A stretch of DNA of 63,931 bases, filler included, from Phoronis australis (taxonomy: Eukaryota > Animalia > Phoronida), in the NCBI GenBank assembly GCA_002633005.1. It is 5 parts of 5 records of this genome, joined end to end, with 100 filler letters (N's around TTAATTAATTAA, not from the genome) between each part and the next. Parts side by side here need not be neighbours in the genome. Positions count along the whole stretch, not along the records: positions 1 to 25,197 come from NMRA01000248.1; 4 more parts are not named here. The stretch is one strand, 5' to 3'. A program made the position numbers and the translations under genes. Position 1 is the first letter of the stretch; each line of letters starts with the position of its first letter. A model generated the notes under the pieces. That model worked only from the letters and a program-made list of their open reading frames with translations. It searched no databases and had not been told where the DNA came from. This document shows, in pieces, positions 12,801 to 25,297 of the stretch.

Positions 12801-15091
12801 AGGACTGGTCAAAGAGTGACTCGGGCGCCATCCAACGTATCGGAACTCTAGTCTGGGTATGTTTCACATAGACTTCTTCATTTCTGCTGAGTCCAAAGTC
12901 AGATATCTTGGCCGTCAAGTCTTTGCTAACCAGTACGTTTCTTGCAGCAAGGTCACGGTGAATAATCTGCAAATGAGATACACTACACACGTTTTGTGTT
13001 TTCATAATACATCAAGCAGGGGGTATGATAGGCCCCAGTTGTAAAGTAATTAGTGATCCTAAGTCTAAACATAAAGCGCAGTGCTGGACAGCACCATTTG
13101 CCAGAGTTTCCAAGAATTTAGTCACTAGTCATTCATACATGTACTTGACGTTGTCTTATAGATAAAAAAATTCGTTCGTGTATTTGATAGCAACCTTGTG
13201 ATTTCCTTCAATGGGTTGAGTTTGGTCGACCACCACCGTACACATTTTATTCTCTAACCTTAGAAGCAGCAAGATGCTTCATTCCTCTGGAGACATCTAG
13301 CGCCATTTGCAGCAACTGTTTCTCAGTGAGATACGTTGTGGAACCAACATTGGCGTAATCAGAGTCCGTGCGATTGTTCCTCAGAAATGTTCGCAGGTTT
13401 CCGTTGGCAACAAATTCCGTAGCGACAAACAAAACACCTGCAACAACAACAGTTCGAACAAAAAAAAAACAAATTCTTCGTCTTGGAATTTCAGAGAGGA
13501 GATGAAAACAAAATTCGTCGCAGATTTGAACATAAAAATCATCACCAGGGACAATAGAAGAACGTGGAGAAAATAAACACTAATAAATTCACTACATGTA
13601 CATGTACATGTAATTCACTATCCGTATATGCCACACATGGCCATTGTAAAGCCAATTAAGTGTACATGTACTATTGTTTTAAAGTACTCTCTGAAATACA
13701 AGCAATGACTTGTACATGTACGGGATTGCACTTACAGAGACAGGCCAGGACTATGATTACTGTAGGCCCTACACTGTGTTAACAAGCTGACCTACAGGCA
13801 TAGTACTGACCAGGTTTTAAGCTGTGCTCTTTGGCGCATCTCTTGATAACAAGTGTGTCGTTCTCAAAAAGTTGTGCCAGCAGATTTAGAATAATTTAAA
13901 TGATAACACGTGAAACAGAAATCTCAAGGACAATGAAATTAAGAACAGATACATGTTTCATGTGATTGACAGCCAGTTGAATAGGATCTTCGTTTGGAAG
14001 TGTTGGGTTCAAAATGATGGGCCCTTGGGAGCCCAGTGCTGCATTGTATTTGCGCTTTTTGATTTTTATTCCCTAATGGCGCAAAGGCGCAGTCCAGGAA
14101 TATTTCCAGGAATGTTGGGAATCACTGTTGGGAATGGTCTATAGAGTGAATCTGCACTGTTAAATCGAGGGGTTATGTAGTGCATTTCAACTATCGCGAA
14201 TTCTGCAACCCCCGTCACTTTTTTGACACACACTTCTAGATGTCATGGCTTCAAGTGTAAGTAATAAGTTTTTTCATAATTTAAAATTTCAATGTCGCAG
14301 TCCATGACGTCCAATTTACTAGTGTACGCTAGCATGATTGCAATATAACTCGCGAAACACTTGCGAGATTTTCCCTTTTACTAATCGCGGCGGCCACATC
14401 GAATAAATCTAGCCTTGCGTCCCGCTGACCAAAAAATTATTGATAAACCGGCTGCTCCCGGACCCGCGGCATGCTGCGTCCACTAAAATTACTTCACCTT
14501 GATGTTCACAAGCTCCAATCAACGATACGATGTTGGGATGACTTCCAACTTGACTGAGAATGTTTAGCTCTCCAATAAAATCCATCCGGTCCTTGTCTGT
14601 GGCGACAGCTAAAACGTAAGTTACTAATCAGACATCTTTCTACCCACAGAGAATACATATTTAGTTGACGTCACATGTGCACGAAGAAACACAATCTTTT
14701 GTCTTTTTTGATTCTACGGAAGCGTATACATGTAGGTGCCACAAAATCGTACATAACCCTACACAGTTCACAACATCTCCGACATCGACTGCCACACCGG
14801 AGAACTCTCTACAACATCCCCCAAAATTGCAACCGGCTTTACACAACCAACACATCACTTTCCCCAGATTGTGAAAATACTACCCATACAGAATTTACAT
14901 GTACAATATTACGAAATTAACATAAGAGAAACCGATGTCGTTCACGTTAATTTCTATCGGATCAGTTGTCATTATGGGATCACGTTAGAGTTGTGCATGT
15001 GGGCGGGACGCCGGATTAAGCATGATTGGTTTTACAAACATGTTGGTACAACATACAGACAGATACACATACATACATACATACACACACA

Positions 15092-15122
<31 letters not shown>

Positions 15123-18100
15123 TTATTTACCACCAAAGTAGCATGAACGGTGAACATTAGCGAATGTCTAGTCGATGCAAAGCGTTTTAATAGGATCATC
15201 ATAGAGAAAAGGAACATTTACTTTGTACAAGCTTGCTAATCATTTGTTACTGGCAGCTTTATCAATAACAATGACACGTTGCTTAGATTTGAACAGAATA
15301 AACAGTTAAATACTGTAATTTTTATTGTAAAAACTACCGATCCATTCCCACTGGCACTAAACTCGGGTTTTGTCAATGTAAATTTCTTAATACATCGACC
15401 ATCTGCCTCAGACCCAGGTAATGAATGGCTCTAAAGACTTTTGTCCCCTCGACCCACAACCCCTCGATCCCACCACCAACGACCTCCCTCGACCCACGGC
15501 CTGTGGCAGTAGAGATTTTTACTGCATAATATTTTTTTTACGTCACTGAGTGACTTTCCCATAAGAAATACCTACACGCGAGTCTGGTCTGGCTCAAGTC
15601 TCATGATTAAAAACAGAAAGTGGCGAGATGTGAAATGGCTCATTGAGAGCGTGTTATCGTTGTTATGGAAATAGTTCAACGAGCGGCTACAAATGGCCCA
15701 GTTTTACTAAACTTAAGGAGAGAGTATGTTAACGTGGATGTACATTCATTCACGTCTTTATTTTTTATTTCTGTTGTATACCCGTTTACAATATACTCCA
15801 TATGACGTTGAAATAGTTTTAGTTTGTTTTTCCAAACTGCATTTACTTCTTGTTCGTCTCAAATCTGCTGTGCTTGGACTCGTGGTCTACTATATATAAA
15901 AACAGAGGTTCCACTGCCACTGTTTTGGGTGATACTGATGATAATGGCGATTCTGATGATTGTAGAAACATGTTTTCATGTTGTAGTTTCACCAAAAACA
16001 ACTCTAGATCAGGTATCTAATGATACTCAAATACTTTTTGTTTTTTGAAACTACAAAAACAATTTGGGTGAATTCTTGGAAAATTTCTGCATGAAACATA
16101 TCCAATTTTGGAATTTATGAAACACCTGTTTTAATAAAAATCTGAGTACACTTGGCTGCTTGACTGAGCTGATGGTCTGGTTGAATTCCAGATTAAGGAC
16201 ATTGACTTTGCATTTTAAATTGACTACTACATTTTTGTAAAAATGATTAATCAAAAATCAGATTGTGTTTATTATTGCTAATTCTACAGTCATTGTGATT
16301 AACGATATGCCCATAAGTTACATTGAACAGTTTTGATGCTTCTATCTGACTCTGGAAAGATGAAGTGACACTTGTTTTGTTCAAAAAAGACAAAACGTTG
16401 GTCTTGACCAAGTCCTGTATAAAAGTGGGTGGAAAATAATAATTAAAGCTTTGAATCAAGAATTGTACCTTATTTGACGAAATGCAAAACCTTTATGTTA
16501 TTATCAGACCCTCGTTACAATAATTTCCATGGAAACGTAAAAAATTGACAAAATTTGACGGAAACTACTTTTTAAAATGACGTTCATAAAAATGTGCAAA
16601 GCTTTCTTGTGTGAGCATATATCAACGTTGTGTTTTGATGGAAACTTTAGAAACTATTGGGGAGCTCAAAACTTGCTTTGAGGGCATCAAGTTCGAATGG
16701 GCAAGGGTTAACTCAAACCCACATTTAAGTTTAAATAATGTAGTCACTAATTTATCAGTGATGTTTTTGTCTGCCAGATGCCCATGCATATCAGACATGT
16801 CGTAAAGCACAACAGAGTAGAAAAAAACTATTGGAATTGGAGTACATTTTATGTTTATGGACACAATCAACCTCTTCTATCTCTTACAGTGTACGTCACG
16901 TAGTTTGCAATTTCTTCCAGGGACCTTCTTTGTGACAAAGCTTTAATAGAAAACCTTTTCAAATTCCGGAAAACCGTTAAGATGTTTATTGAGGTTTTAA
17001 AACTTATTTGATAACATAGTATTTATGAATTAGTTACAAAATCACAAGGACATGACAGGAAATGAAGATAATATGTTTAGTTTTTGAAAATGTAAACATT
17101 TACATTACATCACGTGGCTAGATATTTCAGGTTGAGGTTTAATGACATGAACATTAACTCATTGGCGATTTGTCTATACATCAATTCATAGAAACCCGCC
17201 TTCTATGTTATATTTTTTTCTGAAAATCTACTGCAAAATTCTCCAATTTGCCACGTTTTGACAGCAGATGACACCGTAAACATGCCGTACCTGTAACTCG
17301 AAGAGGATCAACTTTATCACAGTGTGTGGCACTGGTTTGGGATCCAGAAAGTCGTCTCAAAATGTAGTTTGCGAGTTTTCGGGACGAAAAATGTTTTCTA
17401 GGGCTCTTTTTGATTCACATAAAGGCCTACATGAATGGTGTTATATTTAGGGTTAATGTTCATCAGAGGTTGTATGCCGGGACTCGTACGGTAATAAAGT
17501 CGCTCATGTTTTCCTAGCATAATGGTGACTGCATGGAGCAGCCTTGAGGCTCTCATGTTTGTCCTAGACCTTTCTCTACAGTTAGGGTGAATGTCATATG
17601 TGAACGACGGCGTTGCTTGTTGCCATTGTGTTTATCACCGTCCTTGGTGCTCTGCACTAGATATCAGCATCTAGTTTGCCGAGATTTTCCAGTTTTTCAC
17701 TGAGAAATGCTCGCAGACTCTGATTTCAATTTGCTCACTGCCGTCACATGTCCTGGCTTTCCACGGTGAGTTTGCGGACTTTAGCACCTGCTTCAGAATG
17801 CAGGCTCACTGCTGCCTTTCGTAACTTATCTTTCCAATTGTTGGTTGACAAAAAATTTTCACGGACAGTCGGGCATGATCCCAACTTACATGTATTTATT
17901 ATGCACACGACCCTCACGTATTGAGTTTGTGCCTTTGTTTTGGAATATTATGCCTGCAATGTCCTCGTGTTAGCATATTTCACTTGGCCGGCTAGCATTT
18001 ATACTAAGACTGACATATAACTAGTTGCAGGTGTTACTAGTTTCCGTGGTGTTGTGGCTTCTCTGGGGGTGTTGTGGCTTCTCGTAGGAGCTATGACTGT

Positions 18101-21100
18101 GGCTTCTGAGCTTACGAATTTGTGAGGGTGTTGTGTTGATTGTTGGGTGTTGTGAAGTTGGTACGGTGTTGTGATATGTGTAGGGTGTTGCAACATTTAC
18201 ACGCTTACATACGATTCACAATTGAATGCACATTACGTAAACAAAGTGTCTGAATACCAGTGTAATTTGATGTTTACCGTTCATTTTTTTCAATGCCACC
18301 TTGATAATAGAAGTGTTCTTGACGACGGTCGCAGATTGAACATCCCCAAAACTTCCTTTACCGATGACGTCACCGAAAGATATAGAAGTAAATGGTATCA
18401 TCCAGTAGTTTGGCTCCATCTTCTCATATACGACGGATGTCGGTCTGTTGTGAGATGTAAGCCGATTCTTGTCGGGCCCGTTATTTATACACTGGAAGTC
18501 AAAATATAAGCTAGATCTGCAACATGTTATCTACCATTCACGGAAGGTGAGTGCACTTACAAAATGCCATTGCAAACTACTACAGTGATGTACTAAAAAA
18601 CCTCGCAATTTGCAACCAAAGCCCCTAAATGTACAAGTTGAATGAGATTTCTAATATTATAGATTCGGGGCACAACAGCCTCCACTGTGTATGTATTGGT
18701 CAGCAGTTACGTTTTTAAACACATCTTGTGAGTGCAAGTAGCTTGAGCGGACTCGTGCCAACTTAACAAACTTGATCAGATATGCATGCTTCATACCGAC
18801 TCATATTCAATATTGTCAAGTGTAGACAACTCCATGGCAGTGTGCCCACTCCGAGGTGTCTGTCTTGAATGACCTGAAATAAAAATGCGCGGATTTGAAA
18901 TAACGCAGACAGTCTTTTGCCTTGTGCACGTGCGTGAGGTGTTTATGAGTCTGCCATGACTCATGGTTGGTTTTTAGCATTAAAGCGAGGCCAGACAATT
19001 CGAAAGTTGCCCATTTAACCGGCTTTTTATTGTTTAAATATAGAGATGCATTCAAAATCACGTGGCAAGTGAATATTTGAGGAGTAAGATCAAGACCTCA
19101 GTAGCGTAGATTAGCAGCTAGAGTTTCCATTTATTTTCGTCGGCAAGGACGAAATGCTAGGTCTTGGGGAAATTTTCACGGTTTGCATACCAAACTCAAT
19201 TTTAACGCAGTTATGTCGTGAGTGTCTTACATAACGGAAAAATGCTAAGATTCAATGCTGTTTTTCAAATCTCAATCCAACGCTATACCTGGTTCAATAA
19301 TGTTCTCAGTCACGCCTGCACTGTCCTGCATCTGTCTTCTTTTCCTGAATTATGGAAACAACAGTGAAAAGAACCAACAGACCATCCCTGGATAGAAGCC
19401 AGGTGGCATTTATTTGCAAAAATATAAATATCCTTATGCCAGCTATATAACTCGAAGAACATATATACCCATAATGAGTTGGGAAAGATTATTTTATTGC
19501 GGAAATTATTGATCATATATTTTACCATCAAAGTTTGCTGTTCTCGTCTTAAAACTCTTTCAATTAATTTATTTGAAACAATTTTGATACGTTTGTGTAC
19601 GTATTACACATTTCACAGGATTTGAGTACCAAATTTTCATACAAATGGTGTTAAACTCGACGTTCCCTCGACCATTTCGGTATTCTCGCTCCGACAGACA
19701 AATGTGATCATTAAACACTTGAGCTTGGAGTGTTGCAGTGTCAAAAACATTGTTACGAAAGGGGTGTACTGTTACGACCAATATACACATGAAATATACT
19801 TACCTACGCAATACGAACACAACGACACACAGACCAATAAGGACGAATACCAATGGACCACATATCGCACCGATTGTTTTTAGCAACGAAGACGTGCTGT
19901 AATCTCGCACTGTTGGGTTGGAACACATACATGTATACACATTTAACATCCACTACTCTGTCTTAATAATAACCAATTTGCTACAAATCAGGATAACTAT
20001 GGGAATTGTTTTCACTTGCACTACCGACATATTTACAAATGGGTCTCGCATACTATTTCAGAGGTTGAGCAAACGCGTTGAAACTCGTCTGTCTTTGTCG
20101 ACATTATGTTAGAAATGGCGAACAAAGTTATTGTCACAATAAAATCGTTCTCGACGGTTGTTCACTATTGAGACAAAACACTACGCCTAACAAAGTTACC
20201 TTCGACAAACTGGCCATCAGAGGCACCATCAACATCGAATACTTGGAAATGAGACTTCTTTTCCTGTCGAAAGTGAGGCATGTTTTATTAGTGATTATTA
20301 TTTATCGAAATGTTCCTTTGCGCAGGTGATTGCTTAGTCAAATTAGTTTAAAAAAATGATATGTGTTTATGAAAGTGTTGAAAACTGACAAATACTTTTA
20401 AGAGCAAGTTCTGTGCCGAAAATGATGGGCATTAAACCATTTCTCCGGGTGCAGTGACCATGGTGACGTGATGTTGGGGAATAACACTGCATGGTGCAGG
20501 CTATGTGAGCACACAAGGTACGTCATTATTGCAAAGGTCGCTTATTTGCAGAATTTTTTGTTATCACATTTACACGTGGTCAATGAATACAACTACACGA
20601 TGTTTACAATAGCATGTCGTTCAGTGCCAGATACATATTAGCATAGTTATGAGTATGTAAATACATCATGAAGCGAGTAAAACACAGGAGTCTTGGACAC
20701 GACTGCTTTGTTCACTGCACTCCAGTACACACCAGGCCACAACGCACATAGCAAATTATCAATGAATATCTAGAGAACGAAGCCGACACGATGGTATAAT
20801 TAGACATGGACAGTAATTAGTACGACAGGCGCAGGTGTCTATTCTACAGCCAGTAATTACTGTAGAATTCTACCAAGGCGCCAATATTGAGCATAATACA
20901 GAAATAATGACGCTTATGGAGTAAACAGTAGAAATAAGGAAAGGTAACGTAGGTTTTGAAACGCTAAGGTGTAAGAAGAGCCGTACAAGGAAGCTGCAGT
21001 TCCATATACAACATAACGGATATATGTGTGCCTGTTCATCAAATATACCACTTGTACTAGTCCAAAAATTTCTACGCTGCTGAGACATTGGCACTTAATA

Positions 21101-23397
21101 CTTACATCAGTATTCTCAAAAAAGACTCCGTAAAGAAACTTGTAGAGATATCCAGAGTCTAGCTCCACGTTCATGTAACCACCATAGTATTCCCCATCAC
21201 CAACTACAAAGTCGACACCATCTTCTACGAAATCTGCTGTCAGCTTTGCCGCTATATAAAGTGGCTCCTGATTTCTCTGCGCTTCTGCATACCCTTTTAA
21301 CGACGATGCATCTACGACCACAGCTCGTCGTCGTTTAGAATGTTTTCTTCGAGTATTCACTACGATCATGTAGTACCTTTTGAGATACAAAAAAGGATTT
21401 TGATGTTGATTCAGGAAAGAACAAAGAGTTTGGAGAACAACGGTTGCCCAACAATGTCATGAATGGGGGATCGTCAAAGCAGGAACTAATAGGCTAAAAC
21501 CTCACTTGATATACACGCCCTTGGTATAACCACTTGCTGGCGTTAGACGTATTTTCACAGTTGTGTCAGTCATGTCTTCCTTGGTTATCATCTGCAGTGC
21601 TAGGTCCGGTAAATCTGAAACATAAGTGGAAAGGTATCATAACAACATTCTGAAATTTCAAGGTTTCGTTTTTTATGACACGGATCGACAATATGTAACA
21701 AGCAACTGATAATAACAAACTGATAACTCGCTACCAATAATATTGGTCTCCAATTCTTATAATAGAGAAACAAGAAGACAACACATGTCGCATTCGTGGC
21801 TAACAATCGTCCTTGATGCCTGAACGTAAGGTCCTGTGGTTGTGAGGCTCGTGTTGCTGAGTTTAAAGAAACGTCTCGTGACTGAAAGGGGATACAACCA
21901 TAGTTTTCAAATCACAACGTAATGAAAACTCATTATCGCACATATCTCGTGTCTCCTTACCTATAGAAATCCAATACTTTATTGCTTACCAATCAAATCC
22001 GTTAAATAGTGTTTGCCTACCTCCATACCACGACAGAAACAATGGGTTAATCAAAAACCCCATCGACCCCCACATTCCACGACCCTAGACCCAATACCCC
22101 ACGAACCACGGCATACAACACCTTCGACCCAAGACCTATGGAAATGGATACATTCTTGCACTTTATGTAATGACATTACTCAATTAGGTCGCTAAATGAC
22201 TTTTCCACAACTCTTCTTGATACCTATACGCAAATCTGCTTTGGCTCAAGTCTGGTGATAAAGAACATGATCTGAAATAGCGAATTGTGAACGTGGTATC
22301 GTTGTCAAGGAAAGATGTTCCACGAGCACCTACCAATGGCCCTGTTCTTCTAAATTATGGGAGAGAATACACTAACGTGAAGGCATTTAATTTTTAATTT
22401 TATTGTTTGCCTTCCGTTATATACTCGTCTATCATGTTCTTCATGTAATGTTCAGATATTTTTTTAGTTCTCAGTTCGTTCTTCGAACTGTATTTTCTAA
22501 AGAAATACTTCTTCGTCTGTTCCTCGCACTTCCCAACAAAAGCTTGAATATGCCAATCACTGAGAACCAGACAAGATGATAAAATTCTGTCAGCAACGGC
22601 ATTTGTAGCGTTGGTAGGTCTTTGATTTGATTTGGTCGCTTTGTTTTTGTCTGTTCCCTTGGCTTTGAGACTTTCCGAATCGTCTCCCTTAAGTGCAAAA
22701 CAAACAGGTAAAAACCAGCCGAGCTCACGGCCAGACTCGTTTATCCTGAAATTCAACGTCTGTTCCGAGTTCAAATCGAGTAGAACTTGTGTAGACTGTT
22801 TCGAAGAGTTGTGGGCCGTGTGTCGAGGTTGTCGTGGGTTCAGGGTGTCGATTGGGTTTCAGTACAATCAGAAATATGGCCATTTGGTCCAATGGTTTAA
22901 CACTATAAGGAGTCGAACCAAATTGCCAACACTTGTAGTGGAAAAAATACGGGAACGTTGATACCTTAGAAATTTGTGAATCTATGACTTGGACAGTGTC
23001 TAACGATCTCGAGTTATGAAAATCTGTCCGACTCTCGGGCTGTGACAATTAATTTGCAGGTTACAATTTTGTTGTAGTCTAGAAAGTTTTACCCAAAGTA
23101 AAGGATTTCAGCCTTAGTTGTACAACTAAGAGTGCATTTTCTATGTTTTTTATTGAACAAAAACTATAGTAATATTCTGCCAATTAAACTGTCCTACTAA
23201 TGAGCACATTGGTAATAATTACCAGGCAAAGCTGTCCAGCAGACTGTAGTTGCCGGTGGTCCAAAGCCAACGGATGTTTTTGCCGCTACATGAACCTTGT
23301 ACGGTGTCCCAGGCTTCAGATTTGAAACCTCAAATTCCAAGATACTTGGTCCCACGGTTTTAGACAACAAACTCTCATCTCCGGTATTCCATGATAT
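9684..23397 (-). CDS. Receptor tyrosine kinase with Tie-family kinase domain and FN3/RPTP-like ectodomain (spliced, 5'-partial; 14 exons, 618 aa)
   Basis: Exons 23223-23397, 21506-21614, 21106-21376, 20200-20263, 19804-19909, 19289-19344, 18797-18873, 18278-18491, 14498-14608, 13259-13437, 12782-12966, 11726-11766, 11226-11322, 9684-9855. All have AG/GT boundaries and compatible phases, and they sum to 1857 nt with no internal stop. Motifs: [67 protein letters not shown], and a Tie-like C-tail. Confidence 0.93.
11226..11322 (-). CDS. RTK exon: kinase subdomain X
   Basis: [32 protein letters not shown]. Confidence 0.93.
11726..11766 (-). CDS. RTK exon: kinase subdomain IX
   Basis: [14 protein letters not shown]; 41-nt exon with ttccag acceptor and gtaag donor. 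Confidence 0.93.
12511..12662. repeat. 30-bp minisatellite, 5 copies, intronic
   Basis: Unit tttggtcatatttgaata(c/g)gtaagcaccta, head-to-tail with no spacers. Confidence 0.95.
12782..12966 (-). CDS. RTK exon: catalytic and activation loops
   Basis: [62 protein letters not shown]. Confidence 0.96.
13259..13437 (-). CDS. RTK exon: kinase subdomains V-VIa
   Basis: [22 protein letters not shown]...[24 protein letters not shown]. Confidence 0.92.
14498..14608 (-). CDS. RTK exon: kinase subdomains III-IV
   Basis: [37 protein letters not shown] (alphaC Glu, HPNIVxLxG). Confidence 0.92.
15050..15121. repeat. (CATA)n microsatellite
   Basis: acatacatac runs. Confidence 0.9.
15445..15745 (+). repeat. 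Dispersed intronic repeat, copy A (cgaccc microrepeats + conserved block)
   Basis: Aligns with 22060-22385 (ggctcaagtct..tatcgttgt..aatggccc..ggagaga..taacgtg). Confidence 0.7.
18278..18491 (-). CDS. RTK exon: kinase subdomains I-II
   Basis: ...[43 protein letters not shown]. Confidence 0.92.
18797..18873 (-). CDS. RTK exon: intracellular juxtamembrane 2
   Basis: [26 protein letters not shown]; acceptor tttttatttcag, donor gtatga; phases 1/0. Confidence 0.75.
19289..19344 (-). CDS. RTK exon: intracellular juxtamembrane 1
   Basis: [19 protein letters not shown]; acceptor attcag, donor gtatag; phases 2/1. Confidence 0.75.
19804..19909 (-). CDS. RTK exon: transmembrane helix
   Basis: [35 protein letters not shown]; hydrophobic stretch followed by basic stop-transfer residues; donor gtaagt. 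Confidence 0.9.
20200..20263 (-). CDS. RTK exon: extracellular juxtamembrane
   Basis: [21 protein letters not shown]; acceptor ttcgacag, donor gtaact; phase 0/1 bridges the flanking exons. Confidence 0.75.
21106..21376 (-). CDS. RTK exon: RPTP-like membrane-proximal domain with polybasic site
   Basis: [17 protein letters not shown]...PLYIAAKL...[28 protein letters not shown]; the YIAA / FxxGDxxxYxGYxNxxL signature of RPTP stalks. Confidence 0.88.
21506..21614 (-). CDS. RTK exon: start of membrane-proximal stalk domain
   Basis: [37 protein letters not shown]; acceptor tttcag, donor gtgagg; phases 1/2 fit both neighbours. Confidence 0.85.
22060..22385 (+). repeat. Dispersed intronic repeat, copy B
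   Basis: Aligns with 15445-15745. Confidence 0.7.
23223..23397 (-). CDS. RTK exon: second half of a fibronectin type III domain
   Basis: [58 protein letters not shown]; FN3 pattern L-K-P-G-T-x-Y and A-x-T-x-x-G-x-G-P; acceptor tttag, donor gtaaat. Confidence 0.9.
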
Positions 23398-24393
23398 CTA
23401 AATGAAAAATTAATCGAGATTACGGAAACTTTTATATGGAAATTATAGATGTTTTAATATTTTTAATACTTTAACTTCAGATCAAATAAATTCAAGAGCT
23501 CTCAGGTCTTGAAAAACTCATTTAAAGCATTTCACGATATCTAATGCAAATGGTCAATATCTCATCAAGGTGATGGGAATTAGTGCATGAACACGACATT
23601 AAACAAATATCATAGCATAGAACATAGAATTAGCCGATTTAGCAAACTGTGGCTTGCAGTTTTGCTCTCAACGATACCTTTCTTTTGTCAGTTACTTCGT
23701 TTTCTTTTTCTGAAACGGAGCTGCCCCCTGCTCCGACTATAACCTCGGCTGATTTGTCGTGAGGACTGTGATGCACTTAAGAGAAATAATCTACAGGCTG
23801 TTCTTGAACTCCAAATTACGCGACTCTGTGTGAAGCTGACAGAGATGTTAATGCAAATATGCCACCCTCAGATATTAACTTAATCTTTCTTTTTGGCTCG
23901 ATAGCACTTTGAGCTCAAACATTTATAGGGGATGTGGAGGTGGTAATGGTTCGTTTCCCACGATTTGCTGACACGAATGACAAACTGATTTTCTGATGTC
24001 CGAGGTGAAGTCGCTCGTCTAAACATGTGCAAATAACGCAGATAATTTACAAAATAAGCTTCCGAAATTTTCAAAACACATTCGTGACAAGACAATGACC
24101 ATAAATGCTGTCATGTTTTGAAAGTAGTGGTTCTAATACAGGACTGACTCTTCTTGGAAGATTGTGTCTACGTGTCAGTTGACCCTCAGAGCATCAAATC
24201 TATTGGTCAGCTTGTGTCTGGCGTTCATGCATCCGGAGGTTTTTCTTACAGTGTTCGGAAAATTTAGCTCTCCTTTAGCATGTGTTTATTCCGCTATATC
24301 AGTGAATAGAACTACGTGTTTCCTTCATTTCCAGGATTCGGATCAAAACTTGTCACCCTTACAATTAAAGCAGTTACCAAAAGTTGTGTGAGG

Positions 24394-24510
24394 AGGCAGT
24401 GGTGGCCTGGTTGATAAGTGCCCGCTTTCTTTTTTCGAGGTCGTGGGTTCGAGTCCCACCAGGTCACACAGCTAAACCCTTGAGCCAGATTTCTAGCTCC
24501 TCAGCTCGGT
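24394..24510 (+). mobile_element. tRNA-derived SINE head
   Basis: A box TGGCCTGGTTGA, B box GGTTCGAGTCCC, followed by CCCTTGAGC; no proper cloverleaf or acceptor stem. Confidence 0.65.
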
Positions 24511-25197
24511 TTTAACCTTATATCAATGAAGCATAAAAATATTTCCAGGCGATCAATGCAATGGGCCCACATGCGAGGCTTGCGCACGTCTGGTACAACG
24601 TGTATCAGACCGCCTGCAACTATTTTTTTAAAAAAGGTTTTGTGGACATTTTCGAAAACACAGATTCTATTAACCTTCAAACATCGGTACGTTTCATCAT
24701 TAACCCTCAGATTACACGGGCTTGGTAGCTAAACAAAATGTTCAACAATGCAAACACATAGGATCAAAACAAATCCCCAAAACACCTAACTGAATGGTAT
24801 CCACGAATGGTCTAATTAGGTGAAAACAAAAAAAATAAACCTATCGAGTGAAGTGATCGCAGTTTGCGTGTAGACCAATCTTTTGTCCCAAACAGAAACA
24901 GCAGACGATAGGAGGTGCAGGAAAAACCGGCCGTTTAAAAATGGAGTGAAAAGGGATATAAAAAATAAGCGTAATTAAAATTAAAATTAACAAACATAAA
25001 CGTAAAGGGGTTTAAGTTAAAGCGTTCACGTATGACTGGAACTTTCAATACGTGGAAATCAGTGCTAAGATAATGGTGCTGCCGATTGATCGTGTTTAAA
25101 TTTTCACAATTTTCGCCAATGCGCTAAGTGAAGTACATTAATCATCGCCGTCGTTAATCTCACTGTAATACATGCTTAGGCTTACTAACTTGATATT

Positions 25198-25297
25198 NNN
25201 NNNNNNNNNNNNNNNNNNNNNNNNNNNNNNNNNNNNNNNNNTTAATTAATTAANNNNNNNNNNNNNNNNNNNNNNNNNNNNNNNNNNNNNNNNNNNN
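25198..25297. other. Assembly gap linker (44 N + TTAATTAATTAA + 44 N)
   Basis: Identical 100-bp construct at four positions. Confidence 0.97.

Noticed and set aside
14871-15217. ORFs with HTYI / VCMY repeats (similarly 35636-35879, 33175-33387, 59423-59677)
   Set aside because: Translations of microsatellites and tandem repeats.
20690-20860. Possible second, decayed TM exon in the receptor intron
   Set aside because: Only mildly hydrophobic and interrupted by stops; no supporting motif.
24394-24470. Possible tRNA gene
   Set aside because: A/B boxes are present, but the anticodon arm is a T-run and the acceptor stem does not pair; fits a SINE head.
25198-25297. Repeated TTAATTAATTAA palindrome within N runs (also 44469, 56388, 61662)
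   Set aside because: Identical 100-bp construct giving stops in all six frames; an artificial scaffold linker. Adjacency across these points is unverified.
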